The translations under genes were made by a program, and so were the position numbers. Below are positions 28,260 to 37,642 of a stretch of DNA of 64,000 nt, one piece after another. Each line of letters begins with the position of its first letter. The stretch's first letter is position 1. The DNA comes from an uncultured Pseudomonadales bacterium (GTDB taxonomy: Bacteria; Patescibacteriota; Microgenomatia; UBA1400; RBG-16-45-19): NCBI GenBank assembly GCA_964441155.1, contig CAYYKL010000001.1:24393-88392 (forward strand), read 5' to 3'. The notes beneath the pieces are model-generated. The model did not search any database. It was given only the letters and a program-made list of their open reading frames with translations, and was not told the DNA's origin.

Positions 28260-29948
28260 ATGTTCTTAAAACAAGCTGCTTCAAAATCTCAGAAATCTAG
28301 CGCCTATAACATGGGGTTAGGGTTGCCTAACATTTTAAATGTCCTGAAAATAATTACTCCGCCAACGGTGGTCTATGTTCTGTCATATCTTGTGCTAACC
28401 TATCCTTTAGTTCGTGAATTCGGCACTGGCCTTATGGCCTCAAGCGAAGATGCGCTTCAAAATATGTGGGGCCTGTGGTGGTTCAAGCAAGCACTGACAA
28501 ATCAATCCCTTGAACTTTGGTATACCAACCATCTGATTGCCCCACATGGCGTAAGCCTCTATACCCATGCTTTGTCTCCCTTAAACGGCGCGCTAGCCTT
28601 TCCCTTGCTTCACTTCACCACACTTACCAAGACCTACAACATTCTCACCCTGTTTCACGCAGTTGCCTCAGGTCTAGTTTTGTTCGGCTTCGCGTTCAGT
28701 CTCACTAAGTCCTATAAAGCTTCGTTGTTAGCGGGACTTTGGCTCACTATTTCCCCATTTCGCATTGGACATTCTCGAGGCCATATTGAAATGATGGCTA
28801 TGGAATGGCTCATTCTTTTTGCCTGGAGCTATTGGAATCTACTAAAAGTTCCGACATTCAAAAAAGCGATTTTGGCCGCACTACTCCTTCGCCTCGCCTT
28901 GTTAAATACCCCCTATCATTTTTTGCACGGAACTATCTTTGCGTTTTTTGTGACACTTGTCTCATTTTTGTTAATAAAAAGTAAAAAACGATTCATTCGT
29001 CAGCGATTGTTACCATTTCTTGCATTTGGCATCGTTACCGTGATTACCTCGTTTGGATTTTTGCTGGAAATTAACTACATAAATGCGCTTGGACCCTTGG
29101 GAAATTCTCATGAACCAACCGACTATTCTCTCGATGCCACAAGCCTTTTAGCACCAGGAAAGTGGTGGCGATTAGGAGAGACTATTAGACCATTTTGGGA
29201 ACCCATTACTCGAAGCAATGAAGCAATCGCTTATCTCGGTTGGTCAACCATGATTTTTCTGACTATTGTGGTAATCAGCGCAACAAGAAACAAGCAGAGT
29301 CGCTTGGCAATAACCTCTCTATTTGTCGTGTTGATTGGCTCAACTCTCATTGCAATGGGACCTCAATTGCAAATTCGCGGGGTATCCCATGAAATGCTGA
29401 CGCCGTATGACGTGGCTAGTCAATTGATTTCAGCAATAAACATGTCCGGCGTACCACTACGCATGATGTCACTCGCCACGATTGCCAGCTCACTTTTGTT
29501 GGCTATTGCAGTTGCTCACCTATTCAAAAGTCGCAAGAGTATTTTGGTTACTTTGCTAGCAGTAGTCTATGTGATAGAAGTTTTGCCCGCACCTCTTTCG
29601 CCAATTAATATCGAGCCTCCTGCTTTTGTCAGTGTTTTGGCAAAACAACCTCCAGGCATTTTCTTTGATACGGTCAATGCTCCGGCAGTTGCTATGTACC
29701 ACCAAACAATACACGGGCAAAAGCTCGCCAATAGTTATTTGTCTCGCACACCCGCCGCCGCTAATCTCTATCAAGGTAAACTTAACGCAGCCTGGGAAGT
29801 CCGCCGTGACTTATCGAGCCTTTGCCATGATTTTAAAGTTAGGTATCTATTAACCAACACGCTTGACACGGAATTAACTCCTCTATTTAGTGGCAATCAA
29901 ACTTATCTCTATGACCTTGATAATTGCCAGGGATTGAGCTTGCTTTAG
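28260..29948 (+). CDS. polytopic membrane protein, possibly a GT-C-fold glycosyltransferase (YfhO/ArnT-like)
   Basis: 562 aa, >10 predicted TM helices with large extracytoplasmic loops and a C-terminal soluble domain. It is the only long plus-strand gene in the window. The function is an inference. Confidence 0.45.
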   Translation: MFLKQAASKSQKSSAYNMGLGLPNILNVLKIITPPTVVYVLSYLVLTYPLVREFGTGLMASSEDALQNMWGLWWFKQALTNQSLELWYTNHLIAPHGVSLYTHALSPLNGALAFPLLHFTTLTKTYNILTLFHAVASGLVLFGFAFSLTKSYKASLLAGLWLTISPFRIGHSRGHIEMMAMEWLILFAWSYWNLLKVPTFKKAILAALLLRLALLNTPYHFLHGTIFAFFVTLVSFLLIKSKKRFIRQRLLPFLAFGIVTVITSFGFLLEINYINALGPLGNSHEPTDYSLDATSLLAPGKWWRLGETIRPFWEPITRSNEAIAYLGWSTMIFLTIVVISATRNKQSRLAITSLFVVLIGSTLIAMGPQLQIRGVSHEMLTPYDVASQLISAINMSGVPLRMMSLATIASSLLLAIAVAHLFKSRKSILVTLLAVVYVIEVLPAPLSPINIEPPAFVSVLAKQPPGIFFDTVNAPAVAMYHQTIHGQKLANSYLSRTPAAANLYQGKLNAAWEVRRDLSSLCHDFKVRYLLTNTLDTELTPLFSGNQTYLYDLDNCQGLSLL

Positions 29949-29952
29949 CCGA

Positions 29953-31737
29953 CTACTTCACCGTCACCGACTTGGCTATGTTGCGCGGTTTGTCGACGTT
30001 GTTTCCCAAATCGACTGCCATGTAATAGGCGAGCAATTGCAGTGGCACAATCGCGGCAAGCGCACTCGCATCACCTAAGTCTGGAATCGGATTATGGACG
30101 TCAAAGGAATCGCTTGCTTCAGGAGCAAACCCAATAATCTCTCCCCCACGCGCCTTGACTTCGTGCACCGCACTCATCATATCCCGCGCATTGGTATCGT
30201 TTGCAATCACAAAGATAACCGGCACTCCTTTTTCGATGATAGTAATCGCATAATGTTTGAGATCTCCCGCGGCAATGGCATGGGCATGCCTATAGCTTCC
30301 CTCAACGATTTTGACCATCCCTTCGTGCACCGTTGCCCTATTTTGGCCTTTGCCGAGTAAGAATATATGCTCTTTGACAACCAGTGTGTGGGCCAATTTT
30401 TTCAATCGATTGTGTTGCGCCTCATCTAAAAGCATGGCTTGAATCGATTGCTCCACCTTTGTCAGTTGGTCAAGCCCTAGGTCTATATTTCCCTCCACTG
30501 CATGAGCAAGCAGAAATCCAAAAGCTTGCATGGCGCTATAGACTTTGGTCGACATGACACAAATTTCCGGTCCTGCTTGGGCCAAAAACGCATGATTAGC
30601 CATGCGTTCCATGCTGCTCCCGGGCATATTGGTAAACGTGGCAATGGTCACACCTATGGCTTTGGCAGCTTCCAAAATTTCCAAAACATCTGCTGTTTCG
30701 CCACTTTGAGAAGGGGCAATGATAATATCTCTGCTAGTGAATAAATCAACATACTCCTTTGCTTCGGCACCAATCAAGCTTTTGGTATTTATTTTGGCGA
30801 TTGAGCGCAAGAAAAATGCTGTTTGAGCTGCAGCAATCCCTGCGGTTCCTGAGCCGATGGTGTAGACAGTACGAGCTTTGAGTATTGCACTTGAAAGTTT
30901 TATTAATTTTTTTTGATCAATCACACTCACTGCCTGAATTGCCCTGGGAGTTTCGAAAATCTCCTTGAGCATATAGTGGTCATAGCCCTTTTTATCGATA
31001 ACTGTTTTGTCAAGTGCTAGCGGGGTGAATTTGAAAGCAACTGGCTTATCGGTGATGATATCCACCAGCTTCAAAACACCTGCATGAATAATCACCATTT
31101 GGTTATTTTCGATAGTGAGTATTTCAGTTGCAAACGGCGCAAGAGACAGGGTGTCCGAGGCAACGAAAAAATCATGATCATTTTTGCCCACCACCAAAGG
31201 TGAGCCGTTGCGCGCCGCCAAAATCTCACCGTATTTGGTGAGAACGATAATCGTATTTCTCCCCTCCAAGCGCTTGAAAATCGTTCGCACAGCCTGCGCT
31301 CTTCCTTCCAAAGAATCACCTAGTCTTAGTAATTTCTGCTCCAATAATCCCACAATTACCTCGGTGTCCGTTTGTGAAACGAATCTTCTGCCTTTTTTAG
31401 CGAGTTCCTGTTGAAGTGCCTCATAATTTTCCAGAATTCCGTTATGAGCCAGACAAAACGAGCCATCTTGGACTTCGTGTGGATGCGCATTAACTTGAGT
31501 TACTCCCCCATGTGTTGCCCAACGAGTATGCCCAATGCCCACTCTTACTTTTGGCAACTCTTTGGGCAAGCTGTCAGGAATTGAACCTACAAGCTTTAGT
31601 GTCATTATTTGGTCAGCATTGAGAACTGAAATTCCCCAAGAATCATAGCCACGATATTCCAAACGCTTCAAGCCATCACGAATAATTTGCGCCGCATTAA
31701 CTTTGTTTCGAGACGAAATACCAAAAATTCCGCACAT
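29953..31737 (-). CDS. glmS: glutamine--fructose-6-phosphate aminotransferase (isomerizing)
   Basis: Begins MCGIFG (Ntn-hydrolase catalytic Cys2), two SIS domains, C-terminal ...AKSVTVK; 594 aa. GAGGTG lies 7 nt upstream of the ATG. Confidence 0.95.
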   Translation of the reverse strand: MCGIFGISSRNKVNAAQIIRDGLKRLEYRGYDSWGISVLNADQIMTLKLVGSIPDSLPKELPKVRVGIGHTRWATHGGVTQVNAHPHEVQDGSFCLAHNGILENYEALQQELAKKGRRFVSQTDTEVIVGLLEQKLLRLGDSLEGRAQAVRTIFKRLEGRNTIIVLTKYGEILAARNGSPLVVGKNDHDFFVASDTLSLAPFATEILTIENNQMVIIHAGVLKLVDIITDKPVAFKFTPLALDKTVIDKKGYDHYMLKEIFETPRAIQAVSVIDQKKLIKLSSAILKARTVYTIGSGTAGIAAAQTAFFLRSIAKINTKSLIGAEAKEYVDLFTSRDIIIAPSQSGETADVLEILEAAKAIGVTIATFTNMPGSSMERMANHAFLAQAGPEICVMSTKVYSAMQAFGFLLAHAVEGNIDLGLDQLTKVEQSIQAMLLDEAQHNRLKKLAHTLVVKEHIFLLGKGQNRATVHEGMVKIVEGSYRHAHAIAAGDLKHYAITIIEKGVPVIFVIANDTNARDMMSAVHEVKARGGEIIGFAPEASDSFDVHNPIPDLGDASALAAIVPLQLLAYYMAVDLGNNVDKPRNIAKSVTVK

Positions 31738-32030
31738 AGATGCACCTCATTTTTTTCTAATTAAAGAATATGTTGTGAAAATTAAACTTTATGCAAGCTG
31801 GAGAATTGCTTGCTTCAAGATCCAAGCTGACTTTGTTTTCTGTAATTACTCACAGGATTTGATCAGGTTGGTTAGTGGATGCTTGACTCACCCAGAAGGT
31901 TTCCGCTGATACTTACTGAAGGCAGCCGTCTAGGCGCCGAAAGTAGTCCGATTTCTTGAAGCTGACTTCAAGACCTTCTTCCTCGTATCCCTAAATCGTC
32001 AAATGACGATGCAGGACCACACGCTCTTTT
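31738..32030 (-). ncRNA. structured 5' leader upstream of glmS; weak candidate glmS-ribozyme-like element
   Basis: A 332-nt gap between murA and glmS. The minus-strand RNA carries, in order: AGAGCG..., a P1-like hairpin (UCGUCAUUUGACGA), GAUACGAGGAAGAAGGU, a 7-bp hairpin (CUUGAAG-UCAG-CUUCAAG), AAUCGG...UUUCGGCGCC, and ACGGCUG...CAGCGG. These resemble glmS-ribozyme core blocks (GACGAGGA, AUCGAAUUUUCGGCGG, CGGCUG), but the P2 topology and the 5' GCGCC are not matched. Low confidence. Confidence 0.2.
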
Positions 32031-32069
32031 TTTGGTTATCCCTCCATAAACCTCCTTTCAAAATACACC

Positions 32070-33398
32070 TTATTCAATTCGCTCAATCATCGCTCCCATC
32101 GAGCGCAACCTCACGTCCAACTCTTCATAGCCTCGGTCAATTTGCTCCACATTGTGTAAGACGGTTGAACCTTGCGCAATAATTCCAGCAATGACCAAAG
32201 TTGCCCCGTGGCGCAAATCTTTGACCGTGAATTCGCCTCCATGAAGCTCTGCTTTGCCATATATCCTCACCGCATGGAAGTCTTTGTCGGTTTCTGCTAC
32301 TACATCAAAGTTATATGTTTTATCGGGATCATCAAGCTCTGGATTAAAGAGTTCTGCTCGCAAGCCCATGCTTTGCAATTGCTCGACATATTGAAACCGA
32401 GAGGGAAAAATGGTTTCGTGAATAATGCTTTCTCCTTGAGCTTGGGTTGCCAACACTGCCCACAATGGTTGCCAATCGGTCATAAAACCAGGATGGGGCG
32501 AGGTCACGATATCAGCACTCGTGAGTTCACCTTTGTAATAAAACCGAATGCCGTATGGGCCAATTTCATAGCCACCGCCCATTTCATCCAGTTTTTCCAA
32601 GAAAGCTTCGAGGTGTTCTCGCTTAGCATTTTCGACAATGATGTCGCCTTTGGTGGCAATGGCGGCACAAGCATACGACACGGCTTCATTGCGGTCACTC
32701 ATAATGCGATGAATCGTGCCATTAAGCTTGTCGACGCCATCAATTTCGATAATGCGGTGATAACGCCGCCTAATCCGAGCACCCATGTTGTTTAAAAAGG
32801 TAATCAAATCATCAACCTCAGGCTCGAGAGCGCTGTTTCGCAAAACGGTCTTTCCTTTTGCCAGCACTGCCGCCATCAATACCGTTTCCGTGCCCGTGTG
32901 TGAATTTTTTTCAAAGGTGTAATCAACGCCGTTCAATTCTTTTGCTTTTGCGACAATGAATTCACCACGTTGTTCGATTGAGGCGCCCATTTGCTTTAAT
33001 GCCCCCCACTGTCGCTCCATTGGTCGTTTGCCGATTTTGTCTCCTCCAGGATTCGGAACAATTGCCGCACCAAAGCGATGCAATAGCACGGGTACAAACA
33101 TGGGTGCAGAGCGTGATTGCGGCCCATATTTTTCGTCAATTTCAAATCGATTCATGGTGGCGGCACTAATAAATAGGGTTCGCTCACCGCGCTGCTCCAC
33201 CTTGCCGCCCAAAGAGGTGATCATTTCGCCGACCGCAGCCACATCTGAAATTCGTGAAAAATTGAGCAAGCGAGATTCGTCATCGGACAAAAGCGATGCA
33301 ATCATGAGCTTAAAGCTTGCATTTTTAGCACCTCCCAAGCGAACTGAGCCAAATAATGGAGTGCCACCGGTGATTTTGAAAGAAGACATAGGTAACAA
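32070..33398 (-). CDS. murA: UDP-N-acetylglucosamine 1-carboxyvinyltransferase
   Basis: 442 aa EPT-fold protein with conserved MurA blocks (GGAKNA, GERTLFISAA). Confidence 0.9.
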   Translation of the reverse strand: MLPMSSFKITGGTPLFGSVRLGGAKNASFKLMIASLLSDDESRLLNFSRISDVAAVGEMITSLGGKVEQRGERTLFISAATMNRFEIDEKYGPQSRSAPMFVPVLLHRFGAAIVPNPGGDKIGKRPMERQWGALKQMGASIEQRGEFIVAKAKELNGVDYTFEKNSHTGTETVLMAAVLAKGKTVLRNSALEPEVDDLITFLNNMGARIRRRYHRIIEIDGVDKLNGTIHRIMSDRNEAVSYACAAIATKGDIIVENAKREHLEAFLEKLDEMGGGYEIGPYGIRFYYKGELTSADIVTSPHPGFMTDWQPLWAVLATQAQGESIIHETIFPSRFQYVEQLQSMGLRAELFNPELDDPDKTYNFDVVAETDKDFHAVRIYGKAELHGGEFTVKDLRHGATLVIAGIIAQGSTVLHNVEQIDRGYEELDVRLRSMGAMIERIE

Positions 33399-33486
33399 AT
33401 TTCTAAGGTCTAATTAATCTAATTTCTAACAAAGTCATATTCAAGTTTTTCCTAGGTCAATTAGTCATTAGATCAATTAGGTTAAT

Positions 33487-34557
33487 TTAAACAACGTTTA
33501 CTTCTGCTTCTAATTCTATACCAAAATTATTGCGTACATCAGTCTGCATTGCTTGCGTGAATGCAAGAACGTCCTGGCCTGAGGCTTGGCCATCATGAGT
33601 CACAATTGATGCCCATTGATTGTAGGTGTGCACGTGGCCTATTTTTTTGTCTGCCCACCCAAGCTCGTCTAACAATCGGCCTGCGGGCACTTTGACAAAG
33701 TCAGCTTGATTAAACAACTCATCGGTTTCCTGTTTATAGGTGAGGCTGTCAGCTGGATAAAGTTGCAAATCCTCAATCTTGGCTTGGAGTTGGGCTGCTT
33801 CTTTGTGTGCAAGAAGTGGGTTTTTGAAAAAACTGCCGAAAGTGGGTGTCGTATGCCAATTAGGCAGCTTCTTTTCTCGAATCGATACGACGGCTTCGTA
33901 GACTTGTGCAATCGTATAGGGCGGCTCACCCTTTTTAGCTAATTCCGACTGAATAGAATCACGCCGACGACCAATAGAGTAGTAATTGACTGCCAGATTT
34001 GGCCTCAATGAAAGCTTTAATCGAACCGAAGTAATGATTACTTTATTCAGATCATGTTTAAAAATACTATCGCGATAGCCAAACTGACAGGCAACGTTTG
34101 TCAGGATTGTGGATTGGTTTGAAACAGGGTCAAAATAGATCACCGTTTCAATCACATCCGAGACCGACTGACCATAGGCCGCAATGTTTTGCACGGGCGC
34201 TGCCCCAACGGTGCCAGGAATCAACGCAAGATTTTCAATGCCCGCCCACCCAAGGTTTACGCAATGCTTTACTAAATTCGGCCAATCTTCACCCGCAGCC
34301 ACATCTAGCACCACCGAATCCTGATCAATTGACGCGGTAGTTATGCCTTTGGTTGCCATATGCACTACCACACCATCAAAATTTTTGGTGAATAATATGT
34401 TGCTGCCACCTCCAAGAACCATCCACTGCTTTGCGCTAATTTCTGGAGAAAGTTGGCTTAAATCTGCTTCCGATTCAATAGTAATTAAACGCTGCGCTTG
34501 TACGTCAATCTGCATGGTATTTAGTTTTTTAAGGGAATAGCTATCAAAGCGCTGCAT
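33487..34557 (-). CDS. murB: UDP-N-acetylenolpyruvoylglucosamine reductase
   Basis: 356 aa, FAD-binding domain (LGGGSNILF), long-form MurB. Confidence 0.9.
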   Translation of the reverse strand: MQRFDSYSLKKLNTMQIDVQAQRLITIESEADLSQLSPEISAKQWMVLGGGSNILFTKNFDGVVVHMATKGITTASIDQDSVVLDVAAGEDWPNLVKHCVNLGWAGIENLALIPGTVGAAPVQNIAAYGQSVSDVIETVIYFDPVSNQSTILTNVACQFGYRDSIFKHDLNKVIITSVRLKLSLRPNLAVNYYSIGRRRDSIQSELAKKGEPPYTIAQVYEAVVSIREKKLPNWHTTPTFGSFFKNPLLAHKEAAQLQAKIEDLQLYPADSLTYKQETDELFNQADFVKVPAGRLLDELGWADKKIGHVHTYNQWASIVTHDGQASGQDVLAFTQAMQTDVRNNFGIELEAEVNVV

Positions 34558-36062
34558 TATTTGCTCTCTCCGCTTAGTTGCTCGTGAAGCTTGTAGATAT
34601 CCCCTGCTCCCATGGTTATCACCACATCACCCGCTTGGACAAGGTTATTCACTGCTGACGCAAGGCTTGAATCTTGGACAAAACGCGCATTATGAGAAAC
34701 AGTGTTCACTTCATCAACCAGCATGGAAGCCGAAATAGTCGGATCAAAGTGCTCTCGGGCTGAGCTAAAGATGTCAGTAATTATTGCCAGATCAGCTTGA
34801 ACAAAACTCTGGGCAAACTCGGTGAGCAGTGTTTTAGTTCGCGAATATGTGTGGGGCTGAAACACAACAAGCAAGCGTCTACCCTCAAACCATTCTTTGG
34901 CAGCGTTTAGAGTTGCCCGAATTTCGCTGGGGTGATGCGCGTAATCATCAACAAACGTGACTCCATCGAGCTCTCCAATAATCTCAAATCGCCGCTTCGT
35001 TCCTCTAAATGCATTACTACTTGCAATAACATTGTCTCGAGAAATTCCATATGATTCTGCCACAACACACGCTGCTAGCGCATTGAGGGCATTATGTTGG
35101 CCTGGCACTTTCAGCGCGAGTTCAAATGTAGATCCTTGCGGGTCTTTGATCGTTACCGTTTGTTGTTGGTTATGCGTTGCTTGTACCACAATCTGCCAAT
35201 CGTTATGTGACTGTGTGCCATAGGTGATTCGTTTCGCCTGATCAACGTCAGCTAAGATTTCTTGCAACGCCTCGTTATCTCCACAAGCAATCAGTTTTCC
35301 TGTGGGGGGCAATAGTTCAAAAAAACGTGCAAAAGCCTTTTTAACTTCTGCTAATGTCGGGTAAATATCCGGGTGATCATGAGCAATACCCGTGCAAATA
35401 ATGGTTTCGGGTGAAAGTGACATAAACCGAGGAGTCGAATCGGTTCCAGGAGACGTTGCATATTCATCAGCCTCGACAATAAAATGCTCGCCATCGTTGT
35501 TCCAACAACCTGGAAAGGCAAGTGTGCTCACGCCACCGACACCGATAGCATATGAAGGATTTTTTTTAGCGTGATCAAAAATTGTCGCCAGCATAGCACT
35601 CGAAGTGGTTTTGCCACCGACGCCACAAACAGCTATAGTTTTTTTGGCGTGGCTGAGTAGTCCTAATGCTTTTGCATGAGAAAAAATGGGAATTCCTAAA
35701 CTTTGTGCTGACAATACTTGAGGATTTTGTGCGCCGCCGTGTGAGCCAGTATAAACCAAGCCGTCGATTTTATTTGTGGCATCAAATGGCTCAAACCCCT
35801 TACTCACTAAAATGTCTCGACGCGCTAAAACGTTACTCGTCACAAATGCTTCACCGGTATCACTTCCAGACACACTCACACCTTTGTCTTGCAAACACAG
35901 GGCTAGGGCGGTCATCCCCACACCACAAATACCAGTGAAATGGATGGATTGTGAAGACAAAAAAGGATCTGGATGCATCGTGACTTCGTTTACTTTTTTT
36001 ACGTATACGACTGTATTGTAACGGGAAAATGGCGAAAAAGATCTATTCTTCTTCGAATTCAA
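34557..36062 (-). CDS. murC: UDP-N-acetylmuramate--L-alanine ligase
   Basis: Mur ligase with N-terminal IHFTGICGVGMTALA and a P-loop (GVGGKTTSSAM). The likely true start is MHPDPF at ~35978. Confidence 0.9.
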   Translation of the reverse strand: MNSKKNRSFSPFSRYNTVVYVKKVNEVTMHPDPFLSSQSIHFTGICGVGMTALALCLQDKGVSVSGSDTGEAFVTSNVLARRDILVSKGFEPFDATNKIDGLVYTGSHGGAQNPQVLSAQSLGIPIFSHAKALGLLSHAKKTIAVCGVGGKTTSSAMLATIFDHAKKNPSYAIGVGGVSTLAFPGCWNNDGEHFIVEADEYATSPGTDSTPRFMSLSPETIICTGIAHDHPDIYPTLAEVKKAFARFFELLPPTGKLIACGDNEALQEILADVDQAKRITYGTQSHNDWQIVVQATHNQQQTVTIKDPQGSTFELALKVPGQHNALNALAACVVAESYGISRDNVIASSNAFRGTKRRFEIIGELDGVTFVDDYAHHPSEIRATLNAAKEWFEGRRLLVVFQPHTYSRTKTLLTEFAQSFVQADLAIITDIFSSAREHFDPTISASMLVDEVNTVSHNARFVQDSSLASAVNNLVQAGDVVITMGAGDIYKLHEQLSGESK

Positions 36063-36828
36063 GCTCGGTTTCGCCGATGATCTTTTTGGGTTCGGCGATG
36101 GTTTTAATGATTTTCACAATTACGGCACAGCGACCCTCGTCGATGTTTTCAGCTTTGCTTTGAGTGTGGGAGAAAAAGTCAGGAGATTCAATGGTGCATA
36201 CACCAGATGTGGTCATGTTTTTTTTGAGCAATCCCTCATTGCTCAAACTAGCGAACACATAGCCAGGCAAATCAATATGCCACTTACCTTTGCTTTTGCT
36301 TATGAATTCCTTCCAGGCAGGGTCTTTGGCTTGGGTGGGCTCAGTATCAAATGCATAACTGGCTTTTTGCGCGCACGGGCTAATCCAAACCATTAGCTCT
36401 CGAGGGTCAGTTTCATAATGCTTGATCATTTGACGCACACCTTCAAGTTGAATGCCTTGGGCAATACCCTTCCAGCCAGCGTGAAAAACACCAATTGCTG
36501 TGTGGATGGAGTCATAAAAGACTAAGGCGGCACAATCAGCTACTCGCAACATCAGAGCAATTGAGTCTTGGTCGGTCACAAAGCCGTCAACACCGGTTAC
36601 ATTCATGCCCTTCCACATTTTGGAGTTCTCTTCGTTTAAGGGCAAAATTCGAGTTGAATGAATTTGTTGGCCTTCAATGAGGTTTGCTGCTTGGATATCG
36701 AGGGTTTTCAAGATTTTTTTGCGGTTCGCACGAACTTCGTTTTTGGAAGAAAAGCGTAAATCGATATTACCGTCTGATTTGTCAGTTAGGGCTAATAACA
36801 CGTTGTCGTGAAAGGAAATGTTTTGCAT
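36043..36828 (-). CDS. pgeF: YfiH/PgeF family purine-nucleoside phosphorylase / peptidoglycan editing factor
   Basis: 261 aa with the DUF152 signature VFHAGWKG and a conserved Cys (ISPCAQ). Confidence 0.8.
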   Translation of the reverse strand: MQNISFHDNVLLALTDKSDGNIDLRFSSKNEVRANRKKILKTLDIQAANLIEGQQIHSTRILPLNEENSKMWKGMNVTGVDGFVTDQDSIALMLRVADCAALVFYDSIHTAIGVFHAGWKGIAQGIQLEGVRQMIKHYETDPRELMVWISPCAQKASYAFDTEPTQAKDPAWKEFISKSKGKWHIDLPGYVFASLSNEGLLKKNMTTSGVCTIESPDFFSHTQSKAENIDEGRCAVIVKIIKTIAEPKKIIGETELEFEEE

Positions 36829-36888
36829 AGATTACCATTATCTCACATCTGGTATTTTTTCAGAAGTGTCAAGTTTTTTGCCTACACC

Positions 36889-37641
36889 TCAGGCATTTCT
36901 TTGGCGCATGAGCGAATCGGCTTCTACCAACTGCTCCCGAGTGTTCACGCCAAACCAACAGTCAGCGTTATCTGCTTGAATGGTTGTGATTTTCAACTTT
37001 TGCGCACATGCCAATTCAATGAGATCGGTAAGATAATATTCTCCTGAAACGGGGTTAATTTTGACCTGAGGTAAAAAGTTTTGCGCGAATACTCGATCAA
37101 AACAATACAAACCGGTATTCACTTCAGTGATCAACTTTTGCTCAGGGGTAGCATTTTTTTCTTCTACAATCGCCACCACATTTCGGGCATCATCGCGAAT
37201 AATTCTGCCTAAGCCCGAGGGGTCAGTTGCCACCACCGTTAAAAAGGTAACGACAGCTGCTTGTTGCTTATGTTGATCCACCAGTTTTTCAATAAGCTGC
37301 GGCGTATAGAAAGCTGAGTCATCACCATACATTGAAACAACATGTGAAAACTCAGGAGGAACTTGCTTCAAGCCCGCTGCCAGCGCATGGCCTGTTCCCA
37401 ATGGTTCTCCTTGATCAGCGTAAATAACTGTATCCTCTAACACTGCCATCACTGATTCTTTGGCATACCCCACAACGACCACGATCGTGTTGATGCCACT
37501 TTTTCGCACGTTATCGACTGAATATGCGACCATCGGGCGATTATTGAGGGCGAAAGTAACTTTGTTTTGGTTGGCAGGAGCTTGCACGCGCTTGCCCTTG
37601 CCTGCAGCCAATATCACTGCGGCAGTATCTTGTAAGGACAT
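36889..37641 (-). CDS. sugar-1-phosphate nucleotidyltransferase resembling the GlmU uridyltransferase domain only (no LbH acetyltransferase domain)
   Basis: The likely start is MSLQDTAAVILAAGKGKR at ~37641. Motifs AAGKGKR and GTGHAL; ~250 aa. It abuts yvcK. Confidence 0.65.
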   Translation of the reverse strand: MSLQDTAAVILAAGKGKRVQAPANQNKVTFALNNRPMVAYSVDNVRKSGINTIVVVVGYAKESVMAVLEDTVIYADQGEPLGTGHALAAGLKQVPPEFSHVVSMYGDDSAFYTPQLIEKLVDQHKQQAAVVTFLTVVATDPSGLGRIIRDDARNVVAIVEEKNATPEQKLITEVNTGLYCFDRVFAQNFLPQVKINPVSGEYYLTDLIELACAQKLKITTIQADNADCWFGVNTREQLVEADSLMRQRNA

Positions 37642-37642
37642 A

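Noticed and set aside
32172-32795. 207-aa plus-strand ORF
   Set aside because: It is antisense to the well-supported murA gene and has no motif or RBS support.
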